The notes: generated by a model from the letters alone, not told the origin. Positions 38,261-48,872 are shown, counted from the stretch's first letter. The stretch: 64,000 nucleotides of DNA from an uncultured archaeon (GCA_964534625.1 CAZHRF010000010.1:12004-76003), one strand, 5' to 3'. Numbers and translations: made by a program.

Positions 38261-40285
38261 ATGTCTGAACCTCTAATAATTAAGTTATCTGATGAACTTC
38301 CAGAATATCCCGAATTTGATGAAGAATATAGAAGAGCACCTGTGAGAAAAGTTGACCCACCATTAACTGAGGATGAGATAACCTTAGCTGTCAAAAATGC
38401 TTTAAGATATGTTCCTGAATATTTGCATAAACAGTTGGCTCCCGAATTTCTAGAAGAGCTTCTTACAAAAGGCAGAATTTATGGTTATAGATATCGCCCT
38501 AAGGGTAAAATTTATGGCAAGCCAATCAATGAATATAAAGGTATTCAAGAGGCACGGGCTATTCAAGTAATGATTGATAATAATCTTGATTTTGATGTCG
38601 CTCTTTATCCTTATGAACTAGTAACATACGGAGAATCTGGTCAAGTGTGTCAAAATTGGATGCAATATCAATTAATCAAAAAATATCTCCAAATTATGAA
38701 AGAAGATCAGACGCTTGTAGTTATGTCAGGTCATCCATTGGGTCTTTTTCCTTCAAAAAGAAATGCACCCCGGGTTATTTTCACTAATGGTTTGATGATA
38801 GGCATGTATGATACATCAGAAGACTTTCATCGAGCTCAAGCTCTAGGAGTAGCTAATTATGGCCAAATGACAGCTGGAGGATGGATGTATATTGGCCCTC
38901 AAGGTATCGTTCATGGTACATATCTTACCTTGTTAAATGCTGGTAGGAAATATCTGAATTTAGGAGCTGAATCTGATTTAACAGGAATAACATATGTTAG
39001 CTCAGGTTTAGGCGGCATGAGTGGAGCCCAAGGTAAAGCAATTGAAATAGCCAATGGAATAGGGATAATAGCTGAAGTGGATTACTCAAGAATAGAAACA
39101 AGAGAGAAGCAAGGATGGATAACCAAGGTTTCTGCTGATTTGGATGAAGTCTTCAAATGGGTTGAAGAAGCGAAAAAGAAAAAGGAATCTATGTCAATAG
39201 CATACTATGGTAATATAGTAGATTTATGGCAATATACTGTTGATAATAATATAACAATAGACTTGGCATCGGATCAAACAAGCTGTCATGCAGCATATGA
39301 AGGGGGATATACACCTGTTGGATTGAGCTTTGAAGAAGGAAGGAAATTGATTGAGAACAATGAAGAAAAATTCAAAGAAAAAGTAGATGAATCATTAAGA
39401 AAACAATATGAATTAATTAAAACAATGACAGAGAGAGGAACAAAATTCTGGGATTATGGTAACTCTTTTCTTAAGGCAGTGTTTGATGCGGGAGTTGATG
39501 ATATAGCAAAGAAAGGCGACCCCAGACATGGATTCGTTTTTCCTTCCTATGTTGAGGATTTGATGGGGCCAATATGTTTTGATTATGGTTATGGTCCATT
39601 TAGATGGGTATGCCTCAGTGGAAAACCTGAAGACTTAGATAAAACTGACCAATCAGCATTAAAGTACATTAAAGAGATAGAAGAGTCAAGAGAAGTAAAA
39701 AGAGGTCAAGACCATGATAATTATATCTGGATACGTGATGCAAAGAAGAATAAATTAGTGGTGGGAACACAAGCAAGAATACTTTATGCAGATGGTGAAG
39801 GAAGAATAAAAATAGCCTTGAAATTTAATCAAATGGTTAGAAAAGGAGAAATAGGACCAGTAATGCTTGGAAGAGATCACCATGATGTTTCAGGTACAGA
39901 CAGCCCATTTCGCGAAACAGCCAACATACATGATGGGAGTAACATTATGAGTGATATGGCACATGTTGCGTGGGCAGGCAATGCAGCACGAGGTATGACA
40001 ATGTGTGTGCTCAGTAATGGAGGAGGAGTAGGTACTGGGAAAGTAATTAATGGCGGGTTTGGGTTAGTATTAGATGGAAGTGAAAGAGTAGATAATATTA
40101 TTAAAATAGCTCTAGATTGGGATGTTAATTGTGGAATAGCGAGGAGAGCATGGGCTAGAAACCCCCACGCCATTGAAACAGCAAATGAATGGAATAAAAA
40201 GAGCGATGGATATATTTCCATACCTTCAATTCCAAAAGAGGGATTCGTTGAAAAACTAGTGAAAGAGAGATTGGAAAATAAATAA
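38261..40285 (+). CDS. hutU: Urocanate hydratase (long form)
   Basis: NNLDFDVALYPYELVTYG, YGQMTAGGWMYIGPQGIVHGT, GLGGMSGAQ, DQTSCH, GRDHHDVSGTDSPFRET. Confidence 0.97.
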   Translation: MSEPLIIKLSDELPEYPEFDEEYRRAPVRKVDPPLTEDEITLAVKNALRYVPEYLHKQLAPEFLEELLTKGRIYGYRYRPKGKIYGKPINEYKGIQEARAIQVMIDNNLDFDVALYPYELVTYGESGQVCQNWMQYQLIKKYLQIMKEDQTLVVMSGHPLGLFPSKRNAPRVIFTNGLMIGMYDTSEDFHRAQALGVANYGQMTAGGWMYIGPQGIVHGTYLTLLNAGRKYLNLGAESDLTGITYVSSGLGGMSGAQGKAIEIANGIGIIAEVDYSRIETREKQGWITKVSADLDEVFKWVEEAKKKKESMSIAYYGNIVDLWQYTVDNNITIDLASDQTSCHAAYEGGYTPVGLSFEEGRKLIENNEEKFKEKVDESLRKQYELIKTMTERGTKFWDYGNSFLKAVFDAGVDDIAKKGDPRHGFVFPSYVEDLMGPICFDYGYGPFRWVCLSGKPEDLDKTDQSALKYIKEIEESREVKRGQDHDNYIWIRDAKKNKLVVGTQARILYADGEGRIKIALKFNQMVRKGEIGPVMLGRDHHDVSGTDSPFRETANIHDGSNIMSDMAHVAWAGNAARGMTMCVLSNGGGVGTGKVINGGFGLVLDGSERVDNIIKIALDWDVNCGIARRAWARNPHAIETANEWNKKSDGYISIPSIPKEGFVEKLVKERLENK

Positions 40286-40322
40286 AGTCCAATCTTCACT
40301 CTTATTTTTTTTATATTAATTT

Positions 40323-40715
40323 TTATGAAAACTTTCCTTTTATCCATTTCAAGGTGCCAAAAAAAACTGCTGCTGTTCCGGATATGATTGATAGTGATCT
40401 TAAGCCCGCTTTCAAAACAGAATAGTTTATGATAACACGGTTATTAAATAAAGTAAACCAAATATCATCTGAATAATCTAGTGGAATGCCTAAAACTCTA
40501 ACTAACAAGGGGTATCTTTCAAAATTAAAGTGAAGTAGACCAAACCATACCCAAGAATAGCTTAGAGAAAATATTACGAGAATACTTAAAAGAAGGATCA
40601 TAACCAGCCAATAAATAGCAACTTCCTTTTTAGATAATATTACTAATACAAAAACTATTCCAAAAAGACAGCATGCAATGAGAATTATTCCAAATAAAAT
40701 GTATAAGAGATCCAT
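40323..40715 (-). CDS. Small membrane protein
   Basis: 130 aa with 2-3 hydrophobic segments. Confidence 0.6.
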   Translation of the reverse strand: MDLLYILFGIILIACCLFGIVFVLVILSKKEVAIYWLVMILLLSILVIFSLSYSWVWFGLLHFNFERYPLLVRVLGIPLDYSDDIWFTLFNNRVIINYSVLKAGLRSLSIISGTAAVFFGTLKWIKGKFS

Positions 40716-40992
40716 ATTTACATCAATATATTATTATTCGAATAATTCATAAACATTGTTGCTAACATTTTCACATTAAGATTAGTCCACTAGATTAAAC
40801 ATAATTTAACATAGGGGTGTTGAAGCATAGAAAAATACAAACACAAATCTTTTTATCTTATTAACTGTCTAAACGCGATTAGTTTTCATACATTGGAACT
40901 AAAGATACCTTATGAATAAAGATGATTCTTTATTATTTTGATTAAACATGTTGCAAACAGAAAACTTATTTTTAACATAGCGATTTCTCCTT

Positions 40993-42342
40993 ATGAAAGT
41001 TATAATAATTGGACATGGAGCTTCAGGGTGGACTGTAACTTACACATTACGTGTGTGGGATAGAAAGGCAGATATCACAGTTGTTGATGCTAAAGATTAC
41101 GATGTTTATCACCCTTGTGCTTTGCCTTACCCTATTGGAGGAACTCTTGAAGATGAAGAAACCCTTAAAGAGTCAATAGATTATGATAGAATGAAAATCA
41201 ATTTCTTGCGAAAACACAAGGCTTTATCGATCGATCGTAAGAACAAAGTAGTTTCAGTCAAAGATTTAGAAAGCGATGAACAAAAAAATCTCGAATATGA
41301 CCATCTTGTACTTTGTACAGGATCTAAAGCATGGGCACCCCCCATACCTGGGAAAGATGCACCTAATGTTTACAAACTTAAATGGGTAGAAGATGCCACA
41401 AAAATACGCGAAGCAGCTGAAAAAAATTCAAAAGCAGTTGTAGTTGGAGCATCTGCAATTGGATTAGAAGTAGGTACTGAACTTGCACATAGAGGAATTA
41501 ATACCACAATTGTTGAATTACTGCCTCAAATTTTACCACGGGCATTAGATGATGATATTGCATCTACTGTTCAAGATCACCTTGTTTCAAAATATGATAA
41601 ACTTAAAATTTTAACTGGCGTCTCCGCAAAAGAAATTGTTGTTGAAGATGGAAAAGCTAAAAAAGTTATTACTGACAAAGGCGATTTTGAAGCTGATTTT
41701 ATTGTGATGGCTACGGGTGTACGTCCAGAAGTCACTCTTGCCAAAGAGGCAGGATTAGAAATTGGAGAACGAGGAGGAATTAAAACCGATAAAGAGATGG
41801 TTACGTCTGATAAAAATATTCTTGCAGCGGGTGATTGTGCAGAAACAGTAGATTTGATAATGAATGAACCTTTACTCCCTTTGTTAGCTACAAGTGGTGT
41901 ACGTATGGGTCGTGTTGCAGCGATGACAATAACTAAACCTAATAAGGTCACTTTTCCAGGAACGTTAAATAATTTTGTAGTTCCATTGCATGATCTTCAT
42001 GTCGGTTCAATAGGTTTTCCAACCGAGTATCTCAAAGAAAAGGGGTACAAAATAGTGCCAGGAAAAATAAGAACCCATGATAAACCTGAATATATGCCAG
42101 ACGCTACAGAATTCTATTTCAAGGTCTTAATAGACAAAAAAACAGGAAAATTTTTAGGAGCACAGGCAGTCGGAGCTTCCCAGGTCACAGATAACTTGAA
42201 TGTTATTTCAATGGCTATGCAAAATGACATGACTTTTACAGATGTGCTGGAATCAGACCTATGCTATGCTCCAGCTATAAATGAAACAATTTATCCAGTT
42301 ACTAAAGCTATAGAAATTGCTGCAAGAAGATTATTAAGGTAA
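40993..42342 (+). CDS. FAD-dependent pyridine nucleotide-disulfide oxidoreductase (CoA-disulfide reductase/NADH oxidase family)
   Basis: GHGASG FAD motif, single Cys in YHPCALPY, GASAIGLE, ATGVRP, AAGDCAE, CYAP. Confidence 0.9.
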   Translation: MKVIIIGHGASGWTVTYTLRVWDRKADITVVDAKDYDVYHPCALPYPIGGTLEDEETLKESIDYDRMKINFLRKHKALSIDRKNKVVSVKDLESDEQKNLEYDHLVLCTGSKAWAPPIPGKDAPNVYKLKWVEDATKIREAAEKNSKAVVVGASAIGLEVGTELAHRGINTTIVELLPQILPRALDDDIASTVQDHLVSKYDKLKILTGVSAKEIVVEDGKAKKVITDKGDFEADFIVMATGVRPEVTLAKEAGLEIGERGGIKTDKEMVTSDKNILAAGDCAETVDLIMNEPLLPLLATSGVRMGRVAAMTITKPNKVTFPGTLNNFVVPLHDLHVGSIGFPTEYLKEKGYKIVPGKIRTHDKPEYMPDATEFYFKVLIDKKTGKFLGAQAVGASQVTDNLNVISMAMQNDMTFTDVLESDLCYAPAINETIYPVTKAIEIAARRLLR

Positions 42343-42556
42343 TTCTTCATCCTTTCTTTTCTATTTTTTTCGTGAAGTGTGACGTTCATCTTATGTGTTT
42401 TTCAGCTCTAAATATTAACCAACAAAAATACTTTTGGTTGTCAACAGAGATGAACTCAAAGGTACATGTCTTCTTTTTTGTCTTTTAAAGTACAACGTAC
42501 TATACGTACAATAACGTTTTTATTAGTTATTTGTGATTTTTTATTCGGTAATTATA

Positions 42557-43714
42557 ATGAGTGAAGAAGCTAAAAAAACCCAATTGTGGGAATGGCATGA
42601 AGATAATGGTGGAACGATGGTAGATTTTGCTGGGTGGTATTTGCCTGTAAAATTTACCGATATAGTCGAAGAGCATATGGCTGTTCGAGATAACATGGGT
42701 ATCTTTGATGTTTCTCACATGGGACGTTATGAGATTAAGGGAAAATATGCTACTAAAGCTGTTGAATTATTAGTTCCCCGTAAGATCCGTGCTATGCCTG
42801 AAATGAAATGTGGTTATACATTTTATCTAAATGAAAATGGTGGTTTTAGAGATGACACAATCGTTGGAAAAATTAATGAAGAGCATTATTGGATTGTATG
42901 TAATGCAGGTAATCTTGAAAAAATCATGGCTTGGGCTAAAATGGTTTGTTTAATGGTTGAAGATATAACAGGCGAACCTCTTGAATTCAAAAATTATTCC
43001 GCTGAAACAGCTATGTATGCAGTTCAAGGTCCTAATGCCTATAAGATATTAGAACGTCTTGGTGTGGCTGATACTGGTCGTTGGTTGATTGTGAATGCTG
43101 AAGTTGAAGGGATAAAATGTATATTTACGGGTACCGGGTATACAGGGGAATCGGGATTTGAAGTCACAGTATTCGATACAACAGTAGATAAGCCTATTAA
43201 TGCTATTAAAGTTTGGGAAAAGATTTTGGAAGTAGGAGATGATCTAGGATTAGTACCTTGTGGTTTGGGAGCGAGAGATTCATTGCGATTAGAAGCTGGT
43301 TTACCGCTCTATGGTGATGAAATAACGGAAGACATCAACCCTGTTGAAGCAGGTTTAGATCTATCCTTCTTTATGAATTTAGAAAGAGAAGAATACTTTA
43401 TTGGTAGAAGTGCAATTGAAGAGATTAAAAAGAAGGGAGTAAACAAAAAAAGAATAGGGTTCATTATGAAAGGAAAAGGCATACCTCGTCACGAATATAA
43501 AATACTCAATGAAGATGAAGAAGAGATAGGCATTGTTACTAGTGGTGCTTATTCACCATTAAACGAGACAGGAATAGGCATGGGCTATGTTCCTATCGAT
43601 TATACTGAACCTAAAACGCCAATAATTATTCAAATTCGTAATAGAAAAGTAGATGCGGAAATAGTAAAAATACCATTCTATGACCCAAGCAAATATGGCT
43701 GGAAAAGAAAATAA
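42557..43714 (+). CDS. gcvT: Glycine cleavage system T protein
   Basis: FAGWYLP, EHMAVR, FDVSHMG, TGYTGESGFE, GLGARDSLRLEAG, VTSG. Confidence 0.96.
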   Translation: MSEEAKKTQLWEWHEDNGGTMVDFAGWYLPVKFTDIVEEHMAVRDNMGIFDVSHMGRYEIKGKYATKAVELLVPRKIRAMPEMKCGYTFYLNENGGFRDDTIVGKINEEHYWIVCNAGNLEKIMAWAKMVCLMVEDITGEPLEFKNYSAETAMYAVQGPNAYKILERLGVADTGRWLIVNAEVEGIKCIFTGTGYTGESGFEVTVFDTTVDKPINAIKVWEKILEVGDDLGLVPCGLGARDSLRLEAGLPLYGDEITEDINPVEAGLDLSFFMNLEREEYFIGRSAIEEIKKKGVNKKRIGFIMKGKGIPRHEYKILNEDEEEIGIVTSGAYSPLNETGIGMGYVPIDYTEPKTPIIIQIRNRKVDAEIVKIPFYDPSKYGWKRK

Positions 43715-43806
43715 GGTGAAATAACAATAAAACGTAAGTGTATTATACAAACAATATAACTAGAAGCAAAAGCAAATAACCGACCTTTTCTTTTTATAAT
43801 CTTTTT

Positions 43807-44634
43807 TCAACCAATTATTTCTTGTTCTTTTTTAAGCTCTTCAAGATATTTATCAGGATCAGACCAAATGGGTATTTCCCCTTGTATGTGTTCATTTAGG
43901 AAAATAGTTGCGGCAGTATCTACATCAAGTTTTCCGCCTTTTTTGAGTCTATGTCTTTTTTTTGCAAATTTTCGCATAAAATCAACTGGGTCCTCATATT
44001 TTATTTCATAAGTTTTTGTAAGAACATCAGGATTTATTTCATCAATTTTGTTAACTAATGCCCAAGCTGCTTTTAAAGCGTCGTCTAATTGTTCGTGCCT
44101 TTTTACGCCTAATAATATCTGTTCGATCATAGGTAATGTAGTGGGAATTACTCCTGGTGTATCAAATATACGTAATCGAGTGGTTATTCGTAATATCTGC
44201 TCTGCTTTTGTATATCCAGGTATAGGAGCAACTGGTGCACTAGATCTACCTTTAAGTACATTCATTAATGAGCTTTTGCCAGTATTGGGTTGTCCAATAA
44301 AACAAGCAGTAATATAAAAATACTCATCACCTGCTTCTCTGATTATGGTTCTTTTTAGTACAGCTGTACTTAATCTTTTTGTAGCAGAGGTAGTTAAAAC
44401 CGTAAAACCCTCATTTTTAATAAGATTTCTCCATTTGTTTACAATATGATCGGGAACTAGATCAACTTTATTCATAACTACAAGTAGCTTCTTTTTAGGA
44501 TCACGGGTAACTTTTTTTTCATAGTGTCTATTACGAGAAAGCATAGGAAAACGTGCATCGATAACTTCAACTACAACATCACTTTTTTTAATCATTTTAT
44601 TAACTGTACGACTGTAACTTCTTTTTTTAGGCAT
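43807..44634 (-). CDS. Circularly permuted ribosome-biogenesis GTPase (YlqF/RbgA/Nog2 family)
   Basis: EVIDARFP, NKVDLV (G4 first), GQPNTGKSS, PGYT, DTPG. Confidence 0.92.
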   Translation of the reverse strand: MPKKRSYSRTVNKMIKKSDVVVEVIDARFPMLSRNRHYEKKVTRDPKKKLLVVMNKVDLVPDHIVNKWRNLIKNEGFTVLTTSATKRLSTAVLKRTIIREAGDEYFYITACFIGQPNTGKSSLMNVLKGRSSAPVAPIPGYTKAEQILRITTRLRIFDTPGVIPTTLPMIEQILLGVKRHEQLDDALKAAWALVNKIDEINPDVLTKTYEIKYEDPVDFMRKFAKKRHRLKKGGKLDVDTAATIFLNEHIQGEIPIWSDPDKYLEELKKEQEIIG

Positions 44635-44654
44635 CTAATCAACTCCAGTATAAT

Positions 44655-44840
44655 TTATTTTTTTGGAGGGCCCAAATCAGGATGATCTGGTTCTTTAAAG
44701 GGAAAATCTGGTGGAGTTGGTTTGCTTGGAAAGGGAAAATCTTTATCTTTGACATATTTTTTAAGAATTCTTTTTAATTGCGATACTTCTTTTTCCAATT
44801 CTGAAACTCTTTCTTCCAGAGATTTAATCCTATCAGACAT
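44655..44840 (-). CDS. Small coiled-coil plus proline-rich protein
   Basis: MSDRIKSLEERVSELEKEVSQLK followed by DFPF..P repeats; 20 bp upstream of the GTPase on the same strand. Confidence 0.65.
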   Translation of the reverse strand: MSDRIKSLEERVSELEKEVSQLKRILKKYVKDKDFPFPSKPTPPDFPFKEPDHPDLGPPKK

Positions 44841-44851
44841 AATTAACCGAG

Positions 44852-44889
44852 TATGATTCTTGTTATAAAACCTATGATTCTTGTTATAA
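44852..44889. repeat. 17-bp direct repeat in a divergent intergenic region
   Basis: TATGATTCTTGTTATAA at 44852-44868 and 44873-44889 (21-bp period). Confidence 0.9.
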
Positions 44890-44891
44890 TA

Positions 44892-45659
44892 ATGAGATTT
44901 CACGATGCACATTGTCACTTAACAAAAAATTATTTTTATAATAATATTGATAATCTTATAACGGATTGGAAACAACAAGGGTTAGAACAGGTTATTGGTG
45001 TTTCAACAACGATTAGAGAAGCACAAACAGCTATTGAATTACATGAGAGATATCCAGAAATAATACCCGGTATAGGTATTCATCCTTGGAAGGCAAAGAA
45101 ACCATTAAACGAAAAAGTAAAAGAAAGTATACAAACTATACTTGATACACATGAAACGTTAGTATTAGGAGAAATTGGTTTAGATTTTCATTTTATTAAA
45201 GAAAAAGAACGCTATAAACATCAGCGAGAGTATTTACATTATTTTCTAGAGTTAGCAGAAAAAAAGCAATTACCTATTAATTTGCATACGAAAGGAGCAG
45301 AACATGAAATAATTGAGATGCTTGAGAGCTACAAATTAAAACCAACTAAGATTCTAATTCATTGGTACTCAGGACCAGAGAACATATTGAAAAAACTATC
45401 CGATAACGAAGTCTTTTTTACTATTAATCCTTCAGTCTTAACTAATTCAACTCATAAAGAAGTTATTGAAATTGTTAAACTGGATCAGATTCTAACTGAG
45501 TCAGACGGAGATGTAAAATATACAGTTGATGGAAAGAGAATCAAAGGAACACCAGTTTTAGTCCCTAGAATTATTGAAAAGATAGCCAGTATAAAAGGTA
45601 AATCGATTCAAGAGATAACTGAGATATTGCATAATAATTTCTTAAGATATATTTGGTGA
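44892..45659 (+). CDS. tatD: TatD family nuclease
   Basis: HDAHCH, GIHPW, GEIGLD, NLH, HWYSG, TESD. Confidence 0.92.
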   Translation: MRFHDAHCHLTKNYFYNNIDNLITDWKQQGLEQVIGVSTTIREAQTAIELHERYPEIIPGIGIHPWKAKKPLNEKVKESIQTILDTHETLVLGEIGLDFHFIKEKERYKHQREYLHYFLELAEKKQLPINLHTKGAEHEIIEMLESYKLKPTKILIHWYSGPENILKKLSDNEVFFTINPSVLTNSTHKEVIEIVKLDQILTESDGDVKYTVDGKRIKGTPVLVPRIIEKIASIKGKSIQEITEILHNNFLRYIW

Positions 45660-45664
45660 TATTA

Positions 45665-46693
45665 ATGGTAATTCAATCTTTACAAGAACTATATTTACAA
45701 AAAGAAAAATATCAATCAGACATTTTTTCTCGTTTAATTGAAAAAACTCCCAAGGTAGCATATCATTTCAACTGTACAGATGGTACATGTTCTGCTGCAA
45801 TTATTAGATCTCTATATCCGGATAAAGAACTACTCTTTCTTCCAATTGATCATCCTCTTTTTAATGATACTCAGATTGGTCCTTTAATGAAAGAGATTGA
45901 ATGGTTTGCTATTTTAGACTTACCACCTTTCTCGGATAAAAAATTAGAGATTTATGTTGATCATCATGTCTCTGTAGCAGGACAGCCCATGAGAGCGGAT
46001 ACAATTCACTTTGTAGCTGGTGCTCCTAGTGCTACAAATCTCCTTTATCTGACATATCAAGAGAGATTGCCTGCATATTTAAAAGAGGTAGCAGAAATAA
46101 CAAAAATTACCGATACAGCTTCTTACAAAATTGCAGCACCTATGGAACTAAAAACCGAATGGGAAGATTACTCGTGGAATGAAAAAGTATGGTTCTTGGA
46201 AGATGCGTGTAAAACAGCATATATAGTTGAAGAACATGATGAATTAATTCAAATTTTAGCTAAGGAAGGGATCAATGGATTATGGAAAAAAACTGTACTG
46301 GATAGGATTATAGATCTTAGGGAATATAGGAAAGGATCATGGGTAAAAGCAAATGAAATTGAAATAGAAGAGTTCATTATATTAATAGATGATCCGCTAT
46401 CATATAATTTGCCATTTATCGCCCATGAACTAATGCACAAAGGAGCAATAGGTACATCTTATCTAACTGTTTATCCAGAAAATGTCAAAATCAGTTTTAG
46501 ACTAAATAAGAAACTCTCAGAAAACGAAATTGAGAGGTATAGAACAGATATTTTAGCAAAAAAGATGGGAGGAGGAGGTCACAAACCAGCATCAGGTGCC
46601 CAAGCTCACTCATTAGAATATGCATTAGAAATGATTCAAGAATGGGCAAAAAAAATGGGGTTCAAAACCAAAATTGTTGATTTAAGAAAATAA
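45665..46693 (+). CDS. DHH/DHHA1 family phosphoesterase
   Basis: YHFNCTDG, LDL, VDHH, C-terminal GGGGHKPASG. Confidence 0.85.
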   Translation: MVIQSLQELYLQKEKYQSDIFSRLIEKTPKVAYHFNCTDGTCSAAIIRSLYPDKELLFLPIDHPLFNDTQIGPLMKEIEWFAILDLPPFSDKKLEIYVDHHVSVAGQPMRADTIHFVAGAPSATNLLYLTYQERLPAYLKEVAEITKITDTASYKIAAPMELKTEWEDYSWNEKVWFLEDACKTAYIVEEHDELIQILAKEGINGLWKKTVLDRIIDLREYRKGSWVKANEIEIEEFIILIDDPLSYNLPFIAHELMHKGAIGTSYLTVYPENVKISFRLNKKLSENEIERYRTDILAKKMGGGGHKPASGAQAHSLEYALEMIQEWAKKMGFKTKIVDLRK

Positions 46694-46727
46694 AAAAAAG
46701 AATTTTTTAGATATACTTCCCTATTTT

Positions 46728-48185
46728 TTATCCTTTAATGTTACCTATAGGTCTTAATCTTACTATAGGTTTTCCTATATTAGCCACCTTTAATGCTTTA
46801 ACAACTTTATCAATGTCTTTATAGGCTATACCAGCTTCTTCAGCTAGACCGGCCATTGAAGCTCCCTTTATGTAGATGCCTTTTTCTCTTAATTCTTTCA
46901 GAAGTGTTTCTCCCCATACTTCTCTCTTTGCTTGACTTCTACTCATTGTTCGTCCAGCACCATGAGCAGTTGAACCAAAACTAACATCCATAGATCCTTG
47001 AGTTCCAGTTAAAACATATGAACCTGTTTCCATTGAACCTCCAATTAAGACTGGTTGTCCGATGTTTTGGTAATCTTTAGGAACTTCTGAATGATTTGGT
47101 GGGAAAGATCTAGTTGCCCCTTTACGATGAACTACAACTTTACGTTTTTCGCCATTAATAGTATGATCTTCAAATTTAGCAATGTTATGAGCAACATCAT
47201 AAACTAGTTTAATGGCAAGTTCATCTTGATCTTTTCCAAAAACTTCAGAAAATACTTTTCGAACATTATTGGTTATAACTTGTCTATTTGCAAAGGCCAT
47301 ATTAGCTGCACAACTCATAGCTGCGTAATAATCTTGTCCTTCTTCAGACTGAATAGGAGCACTAGCTAATTCTTTATCTCTAATTGGTATATTATATTTC
47401 TTCATTGCTTTAAGAAAAGACCTTAGGTAATCAGATCCAATTTGATGTCCAAAACCCCTAGAACCACAATGTATCATAATTGTAACATTACCAGGTTTCA
47501 GATTCAATTGTTTAGCTATTTTTTCATCAAAAACATCATTTTCACTCAAAGTTTGTATTTCTAAAAAGTGATTACCAGAGCCTAATGTTCCAACCTGTTT
47601 ATAACCCCGATTCATTGCTTTTTGACTTACTGCCGCGGGATTCGCTTGTTCAAGATGTCCTTCATTTTCTGTGTGTCTAACATCTTCTTTAGTCGCATAA
47701 CCATTTTCTTCACACCACTTTGATCCTCGTGTTATAACCCCTTCAAACTCTGATTTACTAATATGTAAAGCCCCTTTTACACCCACACCAGCTGGAACCT
47801 GTTGAAAAAGTTTTTCAACTAAATGTTTAATTTTAGGCCTTACTTCATCTTCGGCAAGATTAGTTGTCAATAATCTTACACCACAATTAATATCAAATCC
47901 TATACCTCCTGGGCTTATAACTCCTTCTTCTATATCCATAGCTGCAACGCCTCCAATTGGAAAACCATATCCAACGTGGGCATCGGGAAGTGCCAAAGAA
48001 TAATTTTGAACACCAGGTAAAGTAGCTACATTGGTTATTTGGTCAATGACTTTTTTTTCAATAAATTCCTTAATTTCAGGTGTAGCAATAATTCTGGCAG
48101 GAACTTTCATTCCGTTCTTGTAGGAAGTGGGGATTTCCCATGTAAAATCGTTAATTTTCTTCATTTGTATATTATCTAATGACAT
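46728..48185 (-). CDS. rtcB: RNA-splicing/repair ligase RtcB
   Basis: PDAHVGYGFPIGG, DINCGVR, GTLGSGNHFLE, HCGSRG, HNIAK, HRKGAT, STAHGAGR. Confidence 0.97.
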   Translation of the reverse strand: MSLDNIQMKKINDFTWEIPTSYKNGMKVPARIIATPEIKEFIEKKVIDQITNVATLPGVQNYSLALPDAHVGYGFPIGGVAAMDIEEGVISPGGIGFDINCGVRLLTTNLAEDEVRPKIKHLVEKLFQQVPAGVGVKGALHISKSEFEGVITRGSKWCEENGYATKEDVRHTENEGHLEQANPAAVSQKAMNRGYKQVGTLGSGNHFLEIQTLSENDVFDEKIAKQLNLKPGNVTIMIHCGSRGFGHQIGSDYLRSFLKAMKKYNIPIRDKELASAPIQSEEGQDYYAAMSCAANMAFANRQVITNNVRKVFSEVFGKDQDELAIKLVYDVAHNIAKFEDHTINGEKRKVVVHRKGATRSFPPNHSEVPKDYQNIGQPVLIGGSMETGSYVLTGTQGSMDVSFGSTAHGAGRTMSRSQAKREVWGETLLKELREKGIYIKGASMAGLAEEAGIAYKDIDKVVKALKVANIGKPIVRLRPIGNIKG

Positions 48186-48323
48186 TAATCTCAAACTGTA
48201 GTAAACTTTATTTTTTAATAAACTCTGTCATTCATCAGTTTTTTGTAAATTCTCATCCATCAAAGTATTTTTTAAAAACTGCTAATATTTTTTATTCAAT
48301 AGAATAGTATAAATGTGATAGAT

Positions 48324-48755
48324 ATGTATAATATCAATATTTTAGAAGATAGAATTATTGGTGACTTCGAGTTTGAAGTTACCGCTGATTCGCTTAATGA
48401 ATTGTTTACGGGTGCGGGTATTGCTACGGTTAAAGCAATGGTAGATCCTACTTCAATCAGTAATAATAAATCATGGAAAATAGAACTTGAGGAACAAGAT
48501 TTAGAATTTTTATTATTTGATTTCTTAAACGAGATTATAGCATTAAAAGATAGTAAAACTGTTCTTTTTAGAGACTTTAGTGTAGATATATCAAAATCTG
48601 ATGAAATGTATATACTTAAAGCCAGTTTTCATGGAGATAAAATAGATTATAATAATACCTCATTATTAACTGATGTAAAAGCTGTTACAATGCATGAATT
48701 TATCGTTGAAAAAAGAGATGAAATGTGGTTTTGTCACGTTATACTTGATTTATAA
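48324..48755 (+). CDS. Archease
   Basis: LLFDFLNEII and DVKAVTMH...VILDL C-terminus; adjacent to rtcB. Confidence 0.92.
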   Translation: MYNINILEDRIIGDFEFEVTADSLNELFTGAGIATVKAMVDPTSISNNKSWKIELEEQDLEFLLFDFLNEIIALKDSKTVLFRDFSVDISKSDEMYILKASFHGDKIDYNNTSLLTDVKAVTMHEFIVEKRDEMWFCHVILDL

Positions 48756-48872
48756 ATGAACCCTCACGTTATTCTATGTTGAATTTTTTTACACAGTAGT
48801 TGCTTGATAAAACTTTTAAGTAAACTATCTAACCTAGAACACGATTCAGAGAATCATATGAGGTAAACAAAA

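Noticed and set aside
42343-42556. Possible glycine riboswitch upstream of gcvT
   Set aside because: Only short inverted repeats (GTTCATCT/AGATGAAC); the conserved GGAGA...GAAG...CUCUCAGG core is absent.
44852-44889. CRISPR-like repeat
   Set aside because: Two copies only, 4-bp spacer and no cas genes.
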